Source: an uncultured Acidimicrobiia bacterium (GTDB taxonomy: Bacteria; Actinomycetota; Acidimicrobiia; Spongiisociales; JAOTWH01). Taken from it: a stretch of DNA of 64,000 bases. The DNA lies in assembly GCA_964347285.1 (NCBI GenBank), contig CAYFYE010000004.1, positions 731-64,730 of the forward strand, given 5' to 3'. Under the pieces are notes generated by a model. That model was not told the origin of the DNA and did not search any database. It saw only the letters and a program-made list of their open reading frames with translations. Each line of letters opens with the position of its first letter. Positions within the stretch are counted from its first letter, which is position 1. Of this stretch, positions 1-9,097 are shown in pieces. The position numbers and the translations under genes were made by a program.

Positions 1-1453
1 CCACCATCTGCGCAGTCCGCGCCATCAATCGCAGCGCCTCCTCCTCAGCCCGGTATGAAGGAGCCAGCAGTAAGCCGTCGCCGTCGACAACGATCGAGAG
101 CGCCATTCCCTGCACGATCAGGAGATCGCGCTCCGTTCCTGCTTCGACGGGGGAACCAGAGCCGGCGGCTCCTACGGAATCGGACCCGAGAAGGCGGCGC
201 AGCTCCTCAGTGATTCGTTCCAACCCCGCCCCCAGGGGTCGGAAGGTGGCCCCGCCGCAGTCGGCGCACGGACCCAGATGACGACCACACCGGGGACAAT
301 CGGCGGCCCGTCCTCCCCCGGCACCGCAGGCGGCACACCGACGAACGCGTCCGCAGGCCACGCACGCAAAAGCGGGGGCGTAGCCGCGGGTGCGTGCCAG
401 AACGAAGGCCCGGCCTCCGGCCTTGAGCGCGCCCCGGAGCGCCACGGTGGCCCGCTCACCGAGGACCCCGCCTCCGGGGGGATCCTCGGTACGATCGGCC
501 AGCTCGACCAGCGGCCAGGCTCGGCCCGGCGCCTCCACCAAAGCGGCTCCGCTTGCCAGCACCTCGGCAGACGGAACACTCGACGCGGTCACCAAGGTGA
601 ACCGTTCGACCGCTGCTCGGCGTCGCAGCACATCGCGAGCGTGGGTCGTCGGGGTCTGGCGATCCTTGAGTCCCCGCCGGCCCTCACCGATCACCACCGC
701 CACGGCGAGTCGGGCGATCGGCCAGAAGGAAGCTTCTCTGGTCGCTACCACCACCATCCCGGGATGGGACGCAGCCGCCGTCCACGCCTCGGTCAGCGGG
801 CGGGCTCGGTACGAGGAGGCGGCGGTGATCACTCGGTTGCCGAAGCTCGACCGCAGCCGTTCAGCCAGGGCGTGGACTTCGACGACCGAGGGAGCAATCA
901 GGAGGGCGCTGCGGCCTTCGGACAGGGCCGCCCCGGCCAGCTCCGCCGCCTCATCGACGAAGGGACCCGGCCCCAAGAGATGACTGGGGCGACTGTGCTT
1001 GCCGGCGGCGATCGCGTCGCTCAAGGCTTCGAGCCGGCTCGGTGTGCGCACCGGCAAGCCGTCCAGATCCCGATCCGGGAGTCGCCTGGGCAGGCCGGGC
1101 GGCGCCGCTTTGGCCAGCATCGCCGCCATCGGAGCCACGTAGTGGAGCGCCGCCCAGCGGAGGGTCTCCAACAGGGCCGGGGTGACTACCGGGAGATCGC
1201 CCGAGATCGACAGTATGTCCTTGAGGCCATCGGTGGCGCCGGACCGTAAGGCGGTGACGTAACCGCGCACCCGTCGGCCTCCCAGCGGGACCCGCACCAG
1301 AGCGCCCACCGAGAGCTGGTCGGCCAGCGAATCTGGGATCGCATAGGCGAAGCCGTCGTCCACTGCAAATGTGGGGACGTCGGGGACCACCTGGGCAACG
1401 GAGGGGCGGTTCAGCGCTCCGTCCTGGACCGCATCGCCACGATCCGATCCCAC
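1..1453 (-). CDS. priA: Primosomal protein N' (PriA); runs off the left window edge; helicase motifs degenerate
   Basis: Absent from the ORF track (no stop in window). Manual translation gives VAQVVPDVPTFAVDDGFAYAIP..GALVRVPLGGRRVRGYV, PTTHARDV, RTRGYAP and the 8-Cys region CVAC..CAAC..CPRC..CADC. Follows coaBC. Start uncertain (GTG 1453, CTG 1414 or GTG 1390). Confidence 0.85.
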   Translation of the reverse strand, partial: MGSDRGDAVQDGALNRPSVAQVVPDVPTFAVDDGFAYAIPDSLADQLSVGALVRVPLGGRRVRGYVTALRSGATDGLKDILSISGDLPVVTPALLETLRWAALHYVAPMAAMLAKAAPPGLPRRLPDRDLDGLPVRTPSRLEALSDAIAAGKHSRPSHLLGPGPFVDEAAELAGAALSEGRSALLIAPSVVEVHALAERLRSSFGNRVITAASSYRARPLTEAWTAAASHPGMVVVATREASFWPIARLAVAVVIGEGRRGLKDRQTPTTHARDVLRRRAAVERFTLVTASSVPSAEVLASGAALVEAPGRAWPLVELADRTEDPPGGGVLGERATVALRGALKAGGRAFVLARTRGYAPAFACVACGRVRRCAACGAGGGRAADCPRCGRHLGPCADCGGATFRPLGAGLERITEELRRLLGSDSVGAAGSGSPVEAGTERDLLIVQGMALSIVVDGDGLLLAPSYRAEEEALRLMARTAQMV

Positions 1454-2601
1454 AGGCGCCGGGCCAGTTCTCGTTTTGCCAGCAGCTCCCAAGGCTCGGC
1501 GACTCCATCGGGGGTGATCAGCGTGACCCGGTTGGTGTCGGCACCAAAGCCGGATTCTTCTTCGGCCACGTCGTTGGCCACCAATAGGTCGACGCCCTTC
1601 GACGAGGCCTTGGCAATCGCCCCCTCGACCGAGCCGGTTTCTGCGGCAAAACCGACCAGAAAGGGCCGGGGTGACATGGCGGCGACGCCCGCCAGGATGT
1701 CCGGCGTCGGCTCGAGGGAAAGGTCCGGTGGTCCGTCGATGCGGCGCAGCTTTGCCGGGGCGGGCGCTTTGGGGCGGAAGTCGGCCACGGCCGCCGCCAT
1801 GACCACGACATCCTGTTCCTGGGCCCGCGACCACACTTCCTCGGCCATCTCGTCGGCGGTCTCGACGCTCACGATCGTCGCCCCGCCGGCGCCCAGTGCC
1901 GCGGTGGTCACGAGGACCACGGCCGCGCCGCGTTCTGCCGCTTCTCGGGCTACGGCGTGGCCCATCTTCCCCGATGAGCGATTGCCGAGATAGCGGACCG
2001 GGTCGACCGGTTCTCGGGTGCCCCCGGCGGTGACCAGCACCCTCCAGCCATCGAGATCTCGTTCACCAAACAGCCGGGCTGCGGCCGCGGCAATGTCGTC
2101 GGGTTCGGCCATCCGGCCCTGGCCCTCGTCTCCTCCCGCCAGCGGGCCCCATTCTGGACCGACCAGCCGGTACCCGAACTCAATGAGTCGGGTGACGTTG
2201 GCCTGGGTGGCCGGGTGCTCCCACATTTCCGTGTGCATGGCCGGAGCGAGCAACACCGGACACTGGGCCGCCAGGAGCGTTGCCGTGAGGAGGTCGTCGC
2301 TGATGCCGTTGGCCAATCGCCCCAGCAACCCGGCGGTTGCCGGCGCCACCACGATCGCTTCAGCCCATCCGGCCAACTCGGTGTGGGGGCTCACGTCGGA
2401 GGCGCCGAAGAACTTGGTGGCCGGCGGGCGCCCGGTGATGGCTGCCAGGGTTTGGGCGCCGAGGAAATGCTGCGCCGAGTCGGTGAGGATGGCGTGCACG
2501 TCGGCGCCGGCTTCGACCATGCGCCGGGCCAGATAGGCGGCCTTGTAGGCGGCAACGCCCCCGGTCACCCCGAGCAGCACGCGGCGCCCGGCCAGCATCA
2601 C
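1411..2601 (-). CDS. coaBC: Bifunctional phosphopantothenoylcysteine decarboxylase/ligase
   Basis: GVTGGVAAYKA, PAMHTEMW, TAGGTREPVDPVRYLGNRSSGKMG, VGFAAET motifs. Confidence 0.97.
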   Translation of the reverse strand: MMLAGRRVLLGVTGGVAAYKAAYLARRMVEAGADVHAILTDSAQHFLGAQTLAAITGRPPATKFFGASDVSPHTELAGWAEAIVVAPATAGLLGRLANGISDDLLTATLLAAQCPVLLAPAMHTEMWEHPATQANVTRLIEFGYRLVGPEWGPLAGGDEGQGRMAEPDDIAAAAARLFGERDLDGWRVLVTAGGTREPVDPVRYLGNRSSGKMGHAVAREAAERGAAVVLVTTAALGAGGATIVSVETADEMAEEVWSRAQEQDVVVMAAAVADFRPKAPAPAKLRRIDGPPDLSLEPTPDILAGVAAMSPRPFLVGFAAETGSVEGAIAKASSKGVDLLVANDVAEEESGFGADTNRVTLITPDGVAEPWELLAKRELARRLWDRIVAMRSRTER

Positions 2602-2828
2602 TACTCGCTCTGCTCGACGACGACCTTGTCCTCGGCGATCTCTTCGAAGGCAATAGAGAGGGGTTTATGGGAGAGCGAGTGGACTTGGGGGGGAACGTAG
2701 CTCCCTAGTCCTTCACCGAGCTGGTTGAAGTAGGCATTGATCTGGCGGGCCCGGCGCGATGCCAATACCACCAGCGTGAAACGGCTATCGGTCTTTTCGA
2801 GTACGCGTTCGATGGGCGGGTCGATCAT
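2601..2828 (-). CDS. rpoZ: RNA polymerase omega subunit
   Basis: [31 protein letters not shown]...[10 protein letters not shown]; ATG at 2828; between gmk and coaBC. Confidence 0.93.
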   Translation of the reverse strand: MIDPPIERVLEKTDSRFTLVVLASRRARQINAYFNQLGEGLGSYVPPQVHSLSHKPLSIAFEEIAEDKVVVEQSE

Positions 2829-3472
2829 GGGATCTCCTCGGAGGAGCCGAGTATACCGGCTACCTCGGCGACCGCCCCGTCGAGATCGTCGTTGACTACC
2901 ACGTGATCGAACAGATCTTCGGCTGCCTCCATCTCGCGCCGGGCAATGTCCAACCGTCGCCGTATGTCGGCATCCGAGGTGTCGCCGCGCCCCCGTAGCC
3001 GATGTTCCAGCTCGGCCAGCGATGGTGGAGCGATGAAGATCATCAGTGCTTCCGGCATGGACCGCCGGACCGAGCGCGCCCCCTGCACTTCGATCTCCAG
3101 CAGCACATCCCGGCCCGCCTGGAGACCATCTTGAACGGGTCGGCGAGGGGTTCCGTAGCGATGCTGGTTGTACCAGGCCCACTCCAGGAAGTCCCCTGCT
3201 TGGATCCGGCGTCGGAACTCGTCGTCGCCGACGAAGTAGTAATCCTCCCCCTCCTTCTCGCCGGGTCGCTGCGGGCGGGTGGTCACCGAGACCGAGAAGT
3301 GGAGCGGCCTGACGGCGGCCAGGCGGTCCACGACGCTCGACTTACCGACCCCGGAAGGCCCGCTGATGACGATCAGGCGCCCCTTGCGGGGCCGGTCAGG
3401 AGAGGGCGTCGAGGAGAGCTTGTCGCTGTCGGGCTCCAAGGCCTCGAATCCGCCGATTGTCGGCAATGCCAT
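2825..3472 (-). CDS. gmk: Guanylate kinase (start uncertain; overlaps mIHF end)
   Basis: [39 protein letters not shown] motifs. Confidence 0.95.
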   Translation of the reverse strand: MALPTIGGFEALEPDSDKLSSTPSPDRPRKGRLIVISGPSGVGKSSVVDRLAAVRPLHFSVSVTTRPQRPGEKEGEDYYFVGDDEFRRRIQAGDFLEWAWYNQHRYGTPRRPVQDGLQAGRDVLLEIEVQGARSVRRSMPEALMIFIAPPSLAELEHRLRGRGDTSDADIRRRLDIARREMEAAEDLFDHVVVNDDLDGAVAEVAGILGSSEEIP

Positions 3473-3710
3473 GCTCCTCCATCAGCCGGCCCGCTTTCAC
3501 CTTCCCGAGGCCGGGAAGGGCGGCCAACGCGGCGGAGATCTTCATCCCGCCGATGACGTCGTCCTGGTCGGCACGGCGAAAGAGCTCGGCGATGTCGACG
3601 GACCCGGTACGAAGCAGCTCCTTGATCTCGGCGCGCCGCCGTCGGGCCAAGGCTGCCTTCTCGAGAGCGGCCTCGCGCTGCTCGGGGGTCAGTTTCGGGG
3701 GTTGGGGCAT
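3396..3710 (-). CDS. mihF: Actinobacterial integration host factor
   Basis: MPQPPKLTPEQREAALEKAALARRRRAEIKELL...LPGLGKVKA...[15 protein letters not shown]; ATG 3710; upstream of gmk. Confidence 0.92.
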   Translation of the reverse strand: MPQPPKLTPEQREAALEKAALARRRRAEIKELLRTGSVDIAELFRRADQDDVIGGMKISAALAALPGLGKVKAGRLMEEHGIADNRRIRGLGARQRQALLDALS

Positions 3711-3739
3711 GGTTCTCCCTGGTATCTGGGGGAACTCTA

Positions 3740-4135
3740 TCAACCCTCCACCGGCGCCTCGGTCCGCTCGACAACGGTGTCGGCCAACCGGGCCAGAACT
3801 CCGTTGACAAAGGCCCCGCTCTTGGGGGTCGAGTAACGCTTGGCCAAAACGACCGCTTCGGATATCACGACGGCAATTGGAGTCTCCGGTCGGTGATGCA
3901 GCTCGTAGAGGCCCAGCCGGAGGATGTTGCGATCGACGGCGGGCATGCGCTCGACCCGCCAGTTGACCGACACCGCTCCGAGTTCTCGATCGAGCTGCCC
4001 CCGCTGAGACCAGACTCCCTCGAGGAGTCTTCGGGCCCTGGCTCCAAGGCCCTCGGTCGACGGTTGCTCGAGGTTTCCCAGCTCCGCTTCGTAGAGAGCG
4101 CGCAGCACTTGTTCGCGCGGCTCGGGAGAGCTCAT
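3740..4135 (-). CDS. nusB: Transcription antitermination factor NusB
   Basis: REQVLRALYE, WRVERMPAVDRNILRLG, EAVVLAKRYST...FVNGVL; downstream of efp. Confidence 0.95.
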   Translation of the reverse strand: MSSPEPREQVLRALYEAELGNLEQPSTEGLGARARRLLEGVWSQRGQLDRELGAVSVNWRVERMPAVDRNILRLGLYELHHRPETPIAVVISEAVVLAKRYSTPKSGAFVNGVLARLADTVVERTEAPVEG

Positions 4136-4692
4136 TGCACCCGCTCGAGGTACTGGCCGCTGCGGGTGTCGACCTTGATCCGATTCCCCTCTTCGACGAA
4201 GAGGGGGGCCTGGACGACCAGACCGGTTTCCACAGTGACGGGTTTCGTGGCCCCCGACACCCGATCCCCTTTGACCCCGGGCTCGGCGTGAACCACCTCG
4301 AGCTCCACTGCCGCCGGCAGGTCGATGCTGAGAGGCCGTCCCTGATAGGTAGGAACGACAACGGTCATGCCGTCGGTGAGGAAGGATGCGGCGTCGCTCA
4401 CCACTGACCGGGCCAGGGTGATCTGCTCGTAGCTCTGCAGATCCATGAGGTGGAAGGCCTCGTCATCGCCGTAGAGGAGCTGGTACTCGCGTCGATCTAT
4501 CACCGCTACTTCAACCGACTCGTCGGCCCGGAACGTTCGATCGAGAACGGCGCCGCTGGCGAGGTTCTTGAGTTTCATGCGGACGAACGCCTTTCCTTTG
4601 CCCGGCTTGACGTGTTGGTAGTCCACGATCTGAAAGAGCCCATCGGGCAGGTCCAGCGTCTGGCCGGGACGGACGTCGTTCGTAGTACTCAT
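4132..4692 (-). CDS. efp: Elongation factor P
   Basis: HVKPGKGKAFVR, TEPG-like AEPGVKGD, ETGLVVQAPLFVEEG..KVDTRSGQYLER. Confidence 0.97.
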   Translation of the reverse strand: MSTTNDVRPGQTLDLPDGLFQIVDYQHVKPGKGKAFVRMKLKNLASGAVLDRTFRADESVEVAVIDRREYQLLYGDDEAFHLMDLQSYEQITLARSVVSDAASFLTDGMTVVVPTYQGRPLSIDLPAAVELEVVHAEPGVKGDRVSGATKPVTVETGLVVQAPLFVEEGNRIKVDTRSGQYLERVQ

Positions 4693-5753
4693 GACCGCGT
4701 CAGATCTCGGGGAGATCCGGTGAGAAGCTCGGCTCCTTGGGTAGTCACCAACACCATATCCTCGATACGGACCCCGCCGACTCCCGGCACGTAGGCACCC
4801 GGCTCGATGGTCACCACATCGCCCGCTTGCAGCACGTCCTCCGAGCCCGAGCGCAGCGCAGGCGCTTCGTGGATCTCCAACCCGATACCGTGGCCGGTGG
4901 AGTGGAGGAATCGCTCCGCCAACCCGTGGTCACGAAGGACCGATCGGGCCGCTTCGTCGATGTCGCCTGCCTTCGCTCCCGGTAGCACTGCCTCGATTGC
5001 CGCCAGCTGCGCTTGGGCGACGGCCCGGTAGAGCCGCTCGACATCTTCGCCGGGGCGATTGCCGCCAAGCCACGTGGTGCGGGTCATGTCGGAGTGGTAG
5101 CCGTCGACGATGCAGCCGTAGTCGAGCAGGAGGAGGCCGTCACCGACCGGCTCGTCCCCGGTGAGATGGTGGGGCCGTGAGGCGTGAGCGCCCGAGGCCA
5201 CGATGGGATCCCAGTCGGGCGGTTTGCCACCCTTTCGTCGCATGATGTCGACGAGTTGCCACGCCAATTGCGCTTCAGTGATCGATGAACCCACCAACTC
5301 ATCGAGGACGGCATAGGCTTCGTCTCCGGTCCTGGCGGCCCGACCCAAGGCATCCACCTCATCCGAATCCTTCACCCGTCGCAGCGCCTCGACCGTTCCC
5401 TGCTGGGGCACCGGCTCGGCACCGATCTCTTTGGCAAGGGCCCTCGCCAAGAACCACGACACATGCTCCGACTCCAAGGCCACCTCGGAGTTCTTCCCTA
5501 TCACCGCGCCCAGGACCTCCAACAGCCTCCCCGAATAGACCTCCAGTTTCACATCGGGCAGCTCGGCAAGTAGGGCCTCAGCGATCTCGGCGTAGCGGCC
5601 GTCGGTCACGAAGACCGTCTGCTCCGCGCCTACGAACAGATAACCGTTGCTACCTGCGAACCCGGTCAGGTAGCGGAGGTTGGCGAGCTTGGAGACGAGC
5701 AGCGGCCGCTCCAGATTCTCGCGGATGCGATCGATGCGCTGCTGGTAGGTCAT
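4689..5753 (-). CDS. Xaa-Pro aminopeptidase (M24 family)
   Basis: NLRYLTGFAGS, TDGRY, DYG..DGYHSDMTRT, HSTGHGIGLEIHE, TIEPG, GGVRIED. Confidence 0.92.
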   Translation of the reverse strand: MTYQQRIDRIRENLERPLLVSKLANLRYLTGFAGSNGYLFVGAEQTVFVTDGRYAEIAEALLAELPDVKLEVYSGRLLEVLGAVIGKNSEVALESEHVSWFLARALAKEIGAEPVPQQGTVEALRRVKDSDEVDALGRAARTGDEAYAVLDELVGSSITEAQLAWQLVDIMRRKGGKPPDWDPIVASGAHASRPHHLTGDEPVGDGLLLLDYGCIVDGYHSDMTRTTWLGGNRPGEDVERLYRAVAQAQLAAIEAVLPGAKAGDIDEAARSVLRDHGLAERFLHSTGHGIGLEIHEAPALRSGSEDVLQAGDVVTIEPGAYVPGVGGVRIEDMVLVTTQGAELLTGSPRDLTRS

Positions 5754-6781
5754 GTGGCCGCAATCGCGTCCAGGGCCGCCCTCACCGTAGCGTCGTCGAC
5801 GTGAGCCACCACAGGATCGCCGATGCTACGCAGCAGCACCATTCGCAGCCCGGCCCGGTCCCGCTTCTTGTCGAGCTCGATCAGGTGGCTCACCGCCCTT
5901 CCTGCGGCCTCCACCTCGACAGGTAGACCGAGGCGAGCGACCGCCTCTCTCACCCGTCCGCTGCCGGTGAAACCGACCGCCTCAGCCGACGCCGCCGCTG
6001 CGGCCACCATTCCGACCGCGACGGCTTGCCCGTGGGTCATCTTGCAAGCCACCTCGACGGCGTGGCCGATCGTGTGACCGAAGTTCAGAAAGATACGTCG
6101 ACCCCGGTCCTCGAGATCTTCCCGCACCAGAGCGACCTTGACTGCTACCGCCCGCTCCACCATCTCTTTGATCGGCGCCGATGCTCCCCTCTTCTCCAAC
6201 AGCTCGACCAGACCGGGATCGCCCACAAAGCCCGCCTTCAATGCTTCGGCGGCACCGTCGGCCCACAGCGTTGGGGGTAGTGCATCGAGCACATCGAAAT
6301 CGATCACTACCCGGGCCGGAAGGGCAAAGGCTCCTACCAAGTTCTTGCCCACCACGTTGACACCGCTCTTGCCACCGATGGCCCCATCTACCGCCCCCAG
6401 CAGAGTGGTGGGCACGTGGACCGCCTCCACGCCTCGCAGATACACGGCAGCCACGAAACCGGCCAGGTCGGTGACCGAACCTCCGCCCACCCCCACGATG
6501 GAGTCGTCCCTCGTGAAGCCGATCTCGTTGAGCCACAGCGCCGTTTCCTCGACCACGGCCAGCGTCTTGGCAGCGTCGCCTTCGGGCACCACTCGCACCG
6601 CGACCTCGAGCCCCGATCGGCCGAGGTGGCGGCCCACTCGCCGGCCCCAGCGAGCTGCACCGGGCTGGGTGATCACGGCAGCCCGGGCCCGCTCCGGCCG
6701 AGCCGGCAATAGCTCCGCATCGTCGAGGAGGTCTCGGCCGAAGACGATCTCCGCCCCGCGTTGGATCAGGATGCGTTCCAC
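5750..6781 (-). CDS. aroB: 3-dehydroquinate synthase
   Basis: GGGSVTDLAGF, VPTTLLGAVDGAIGGKSG, LNFGHTIGHAVE, HGQAV, DKK. Confidence 0.96.
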   Translation of the reverse strand: MERILIQRGAEIVFGRDLLDDAELLPARPERARAAVITQPGAARWGRRVGRHLGRSGLEVAVRVVPEGDAAKTLAVVEETALWLNEIGFTRDDSIVGVGGGSVTDLAGFVAAVYLRGVEAVHVPTTLLGAVDGAIGGKSGVNVVGKNLVGAFALPARVVIDFDVLDALPPTLWADGAAEALKAGFVGDPGLVELLEKRGASAPIKEMVERAVAVKVALVREDLEDRGRRIFLNFGHTIGHAVEVACKMTHGQAVAVGMVAAAAASAEAVGFTGSGRVREAVARLGLPVEVEAAGRAVSHLIELDKKRDRAGLRMVLLRSIGDPVVAHVDDATVRAALDAIAAT

Positions 6782-7284
6782 AACTCGGCCACTTCGTCGA
6801 CGACCTGGTCCACGCCCTTGTCGCCGACGTCGACCACCTCGTGGGCGGCAGCGGAGTAGGCCCGCTCCCGCTGGGTCGCCAGCGCCCTCAGTTGCCGGAG
6901 AGGGTCCTGGTCGGCCAGGAGAGGGCGACCGGTGCCATTTCCCACTCGTCCGGCCAGTACGGTTGCCGGCGCCGACAGCCAGACGACGAGACCGGAGCCC
7001 CGCATCGCCGCCACGTTGTCGGCACGAAGGACGGTGCCGCCCCCGGTCGCCACCACCATTCCGCTACGGTCGGCCAACCGTGCCACCTCGGCCGCCTCGA
7101 GATCTCGGAACGCCTGCTCACCGCGTCGGCCCCACAGCTCGCCGACCGAACAACCCATCCGGTCGGCGATGAGCTCGTCGGTATCGATGGGGGCCAGACC
7201 GAGCCGCTCGGCCAACGACATCGCCACCGAGGTCTTGCCCGACCCCATCATGCCGATCAGCCAGATATTGCTGGGCCGGGCCAC
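6766..7284 (-). CDS. aroK: Shikimate kinase
   Basis: IWLIGMMGSGKTS, GEQAFRDLE, ATGGG, RPLL; GTG start at 7284 overlaps the aroC stop. Confidence 0.95.
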   Translation of the reverse strand: MARPSNIWLIGMMGSGKTSVAMSLAERLGLAPIDTDELIADRMGCSVGELWGRRGEQAFRDLEAAEVARLADRSGMVVATGGGTVLRADNVAAMRGSGLVVWLSAPATVLAGRVGNGTGRPLLADQDPLRQLRALATQRERAYSAAAHEVVDVGDKGVDQVVDEVAELWNAS

Positions 7285-8435
7285 TAGAACTCCGCCAGGC
7301 GTTTGCGGTAGCTCTGGACGGCTCCCGCGAAATCCTCGACCGTGTCTCCCCCGAACTTGCGCTGCGCCTCCTGGGCGAGCACGACGGCGGTCATGGCCTC
7401 GGCTACCACCCCGGCCGCCGGCACCGCGCACACGTCACTTCGCTCTCGAAAGGCAACGGAGGGTTCTTTGCTATCGACGTCAACGCTGTCCAACGGCCGC
7501 ATCAACGTGGACAGCGGTTTCATGGCAGCCCGGAGGCGAAGCCGCTGGCCGGTCGTCATTCCCCCTTCGATCCCTCCGGATCGATTGGTGGGACGGACGA
7601 AGTCTCCGTCGCGATAGGAGATCTCGTCATGGGCCTCCGAGCCGCGCCGGCGAGCGCCCACGATTCCATCACCGATCTCCACCGCCTTGATTCCCGGGAT
7701 CGACATGAGTGCCGCGGCCAGCCGGGCGTCGATTCGGCGGTCATGGTGGGTGTGGCTTCCCAGACCGGCAGGCACCCCGTAGCCGAGGACCTCGACCACT
7801 CCGCCCAGCGTGTCACGATCCTCCTTGGCGCTCTCGATTTCGGCCACCATGGCTTCGGAAGCCGTAGTGGAGAAGGCCCGCACCGGTGAAGCGTCGACAC
7901 GCTCCCGATCCCCCGGCTCCGGAACTCCCCCATCCGCCTCAACCGACCCGATGGCCACGACATGGCTGAGCACATCGACCCCGATGACTGCCAGCAACCG
8001 CCGAGCCAGGAAGCCGGCCACAGTACGGGCCGCGGTTTCCCGGGCCGAAGCCCGCTCCAGAATGTCACGAGCGTCATGCGTGTCGTATTTGAGCATGCCG
8101 GCCAGATCTGCATGCCCGGGTCGCGGCTGGGTGAGGCGGCGACGCGCCGGTCCCGGAGACAGAGGCGCCATCTCTTCCTCCCACTTGGGCCATTCGGTGT
8201 TGCGTACCAGCACAGCCACCGGACTTCCCAGGGTTTGCCCGAAGCGAATCCCCCCCAGGATCTCGACCTCGTCGCGCTCGACAGCCATGCGTCTCCCCCG
8301 GCCCGTGCCGTGCCGACGCCGCGCCAGCTCGGCCTGGAGATCGCCCAGCGCTACATCGAGCCCGGCGGGAAGGCCTTCGATCACCGTCACCAGGGCGGGG
8401 CCATGGGACTCGCCCGCTGTGAGGAATCGGATCAT
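7284..8435 (-). CDS. aroC: Chorismate synthase
   Basis: TAGESHGP, RPGHAD, ERASARETA, GGIEGGMT, KPLST, ERSDVC. Confidence 0.98.
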   Translation of the reverse strand: MIRFLTAGESHGPALVTVIEGLPAGLDVALGDLQAELARRRHGTGRGRRMAVERDEVEILGGIRFGQTLGSPVAVLVRNTEWPKWEEEMAPLSPGPARRRLTQPRPGHADLAGMLKYDTHDARDILERASARETAARTVAGFLARRLLAVIGVDVLSHVVAIGSVEADGGVPEPGDRERVDASPVRAFSTTASEAMVAEIESAKEDRDTLGGVVEVLGYGVPAGLGSHTHHDRRIDARLAAALMSIPGIKAVEIGDGIVGARRRGSEAHDEISYRDGDFVRPTNRSGGIEGGMTTGQRLRLRAAMKPLSTLMRPLDSVDVDSKEPSVAFRERSDVCAVPAAGVVAEAMTAVVLAQEAQRKFGGDTVEDFAGAVQSYRKRLAEF

Positions 8436-8459
8436 CGTGCGATGCTATACACCGAAAGT

Positions 8460-8496
8460 GGAGGAGGGCCCCCGGTTGGCCAAAGGGCCCTCCTCC
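8460..8496 (-). terminator. Intrinsic terminator-like hairpin closing the pilMNOP-like operon
   Basis: 12-bp perfect inverted repeat GGAGGAGGGCCC / GGGCCCTCCTCC, 31 nt after the 8528 stop. Confidence 0.7.
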
Positions 8497-8527
8497 GCGG
8501 TGCTCCGCAACTGCGGAGATCCGCGAC

Positions 8528-9097
8528 CTACTTGAGGATCTGCTGTCCCGTGCTGAGCTGGAACACGCTGTCCCCAAACATGATGACCGCCGTAGTCTCT
8601 GTGAGGCTGACCACCTTGTAGACGTCCGCAAACGTGTCGCCTACGCCGACATCGAACGTCTCGCCGTTCACGGTGATGGTGGCCCGCAGGACCCCACCCA
8701 CGGTGCGAATCTCGACGAGGGCCACGGTCACTTCGGGAGCGAACCCGTTTTCGGGTGGGACCACGCCATTCTCGGATGGGACCAGGCTGGGGCCCACCCC
8801 CGGCTGCCCGAAGAAGGGCGAGTCCTCGGTGATGAGAGGGCGGAAGGGATCCCGGGGCTGCGATATCTGTGCCTCCCCGGTGATTTCGATGGCGCCGGTC
8901 ACTTCCAGTGGTTGATCCACCGGGGATCCCACGCCGGCCAGGGGGCCCTCGAGGCCCGACCGGCTCGGGGCGAACAGCCCGGAGTCCACCACCGCCCAGC
9001 CGGAGGCCACCCCGGTGGCGATCAGCAGGGCGGCCGCCACCGTGGCCACCAGGCCTCGGCCCCGGCGTGGCTCATGAAGTCCTCGTGGTTCGATCAT
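8528..9097 (-). CDS. Type IV pilus-associated PilP-like protein with N-terminal TM helix
   Basis: Coupled to pilO (ATGA overlap); hydrophobic N-terminal segment; PRDPFRP motif; Pro-rich linker; beta-rich C-terminal domain. Confidence 0.6.
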   Translation of the reverse strand: MIEPRGLHEPRRGRGLVATVAAALLIATGVASGWAVVDSGLFAPSRSGLEGPLAGVGSPVDQPLEVTGAIEITGEAQISQPRDPFRPLITEDSPFFGQPGVGPSLVPSENGVVPPENGFAPEVTVALVEIRTVGGVLRATITVNGETFDVGVGDTFADVYKVVSLTETTAVIMFGDSVFQLSTGQQILK

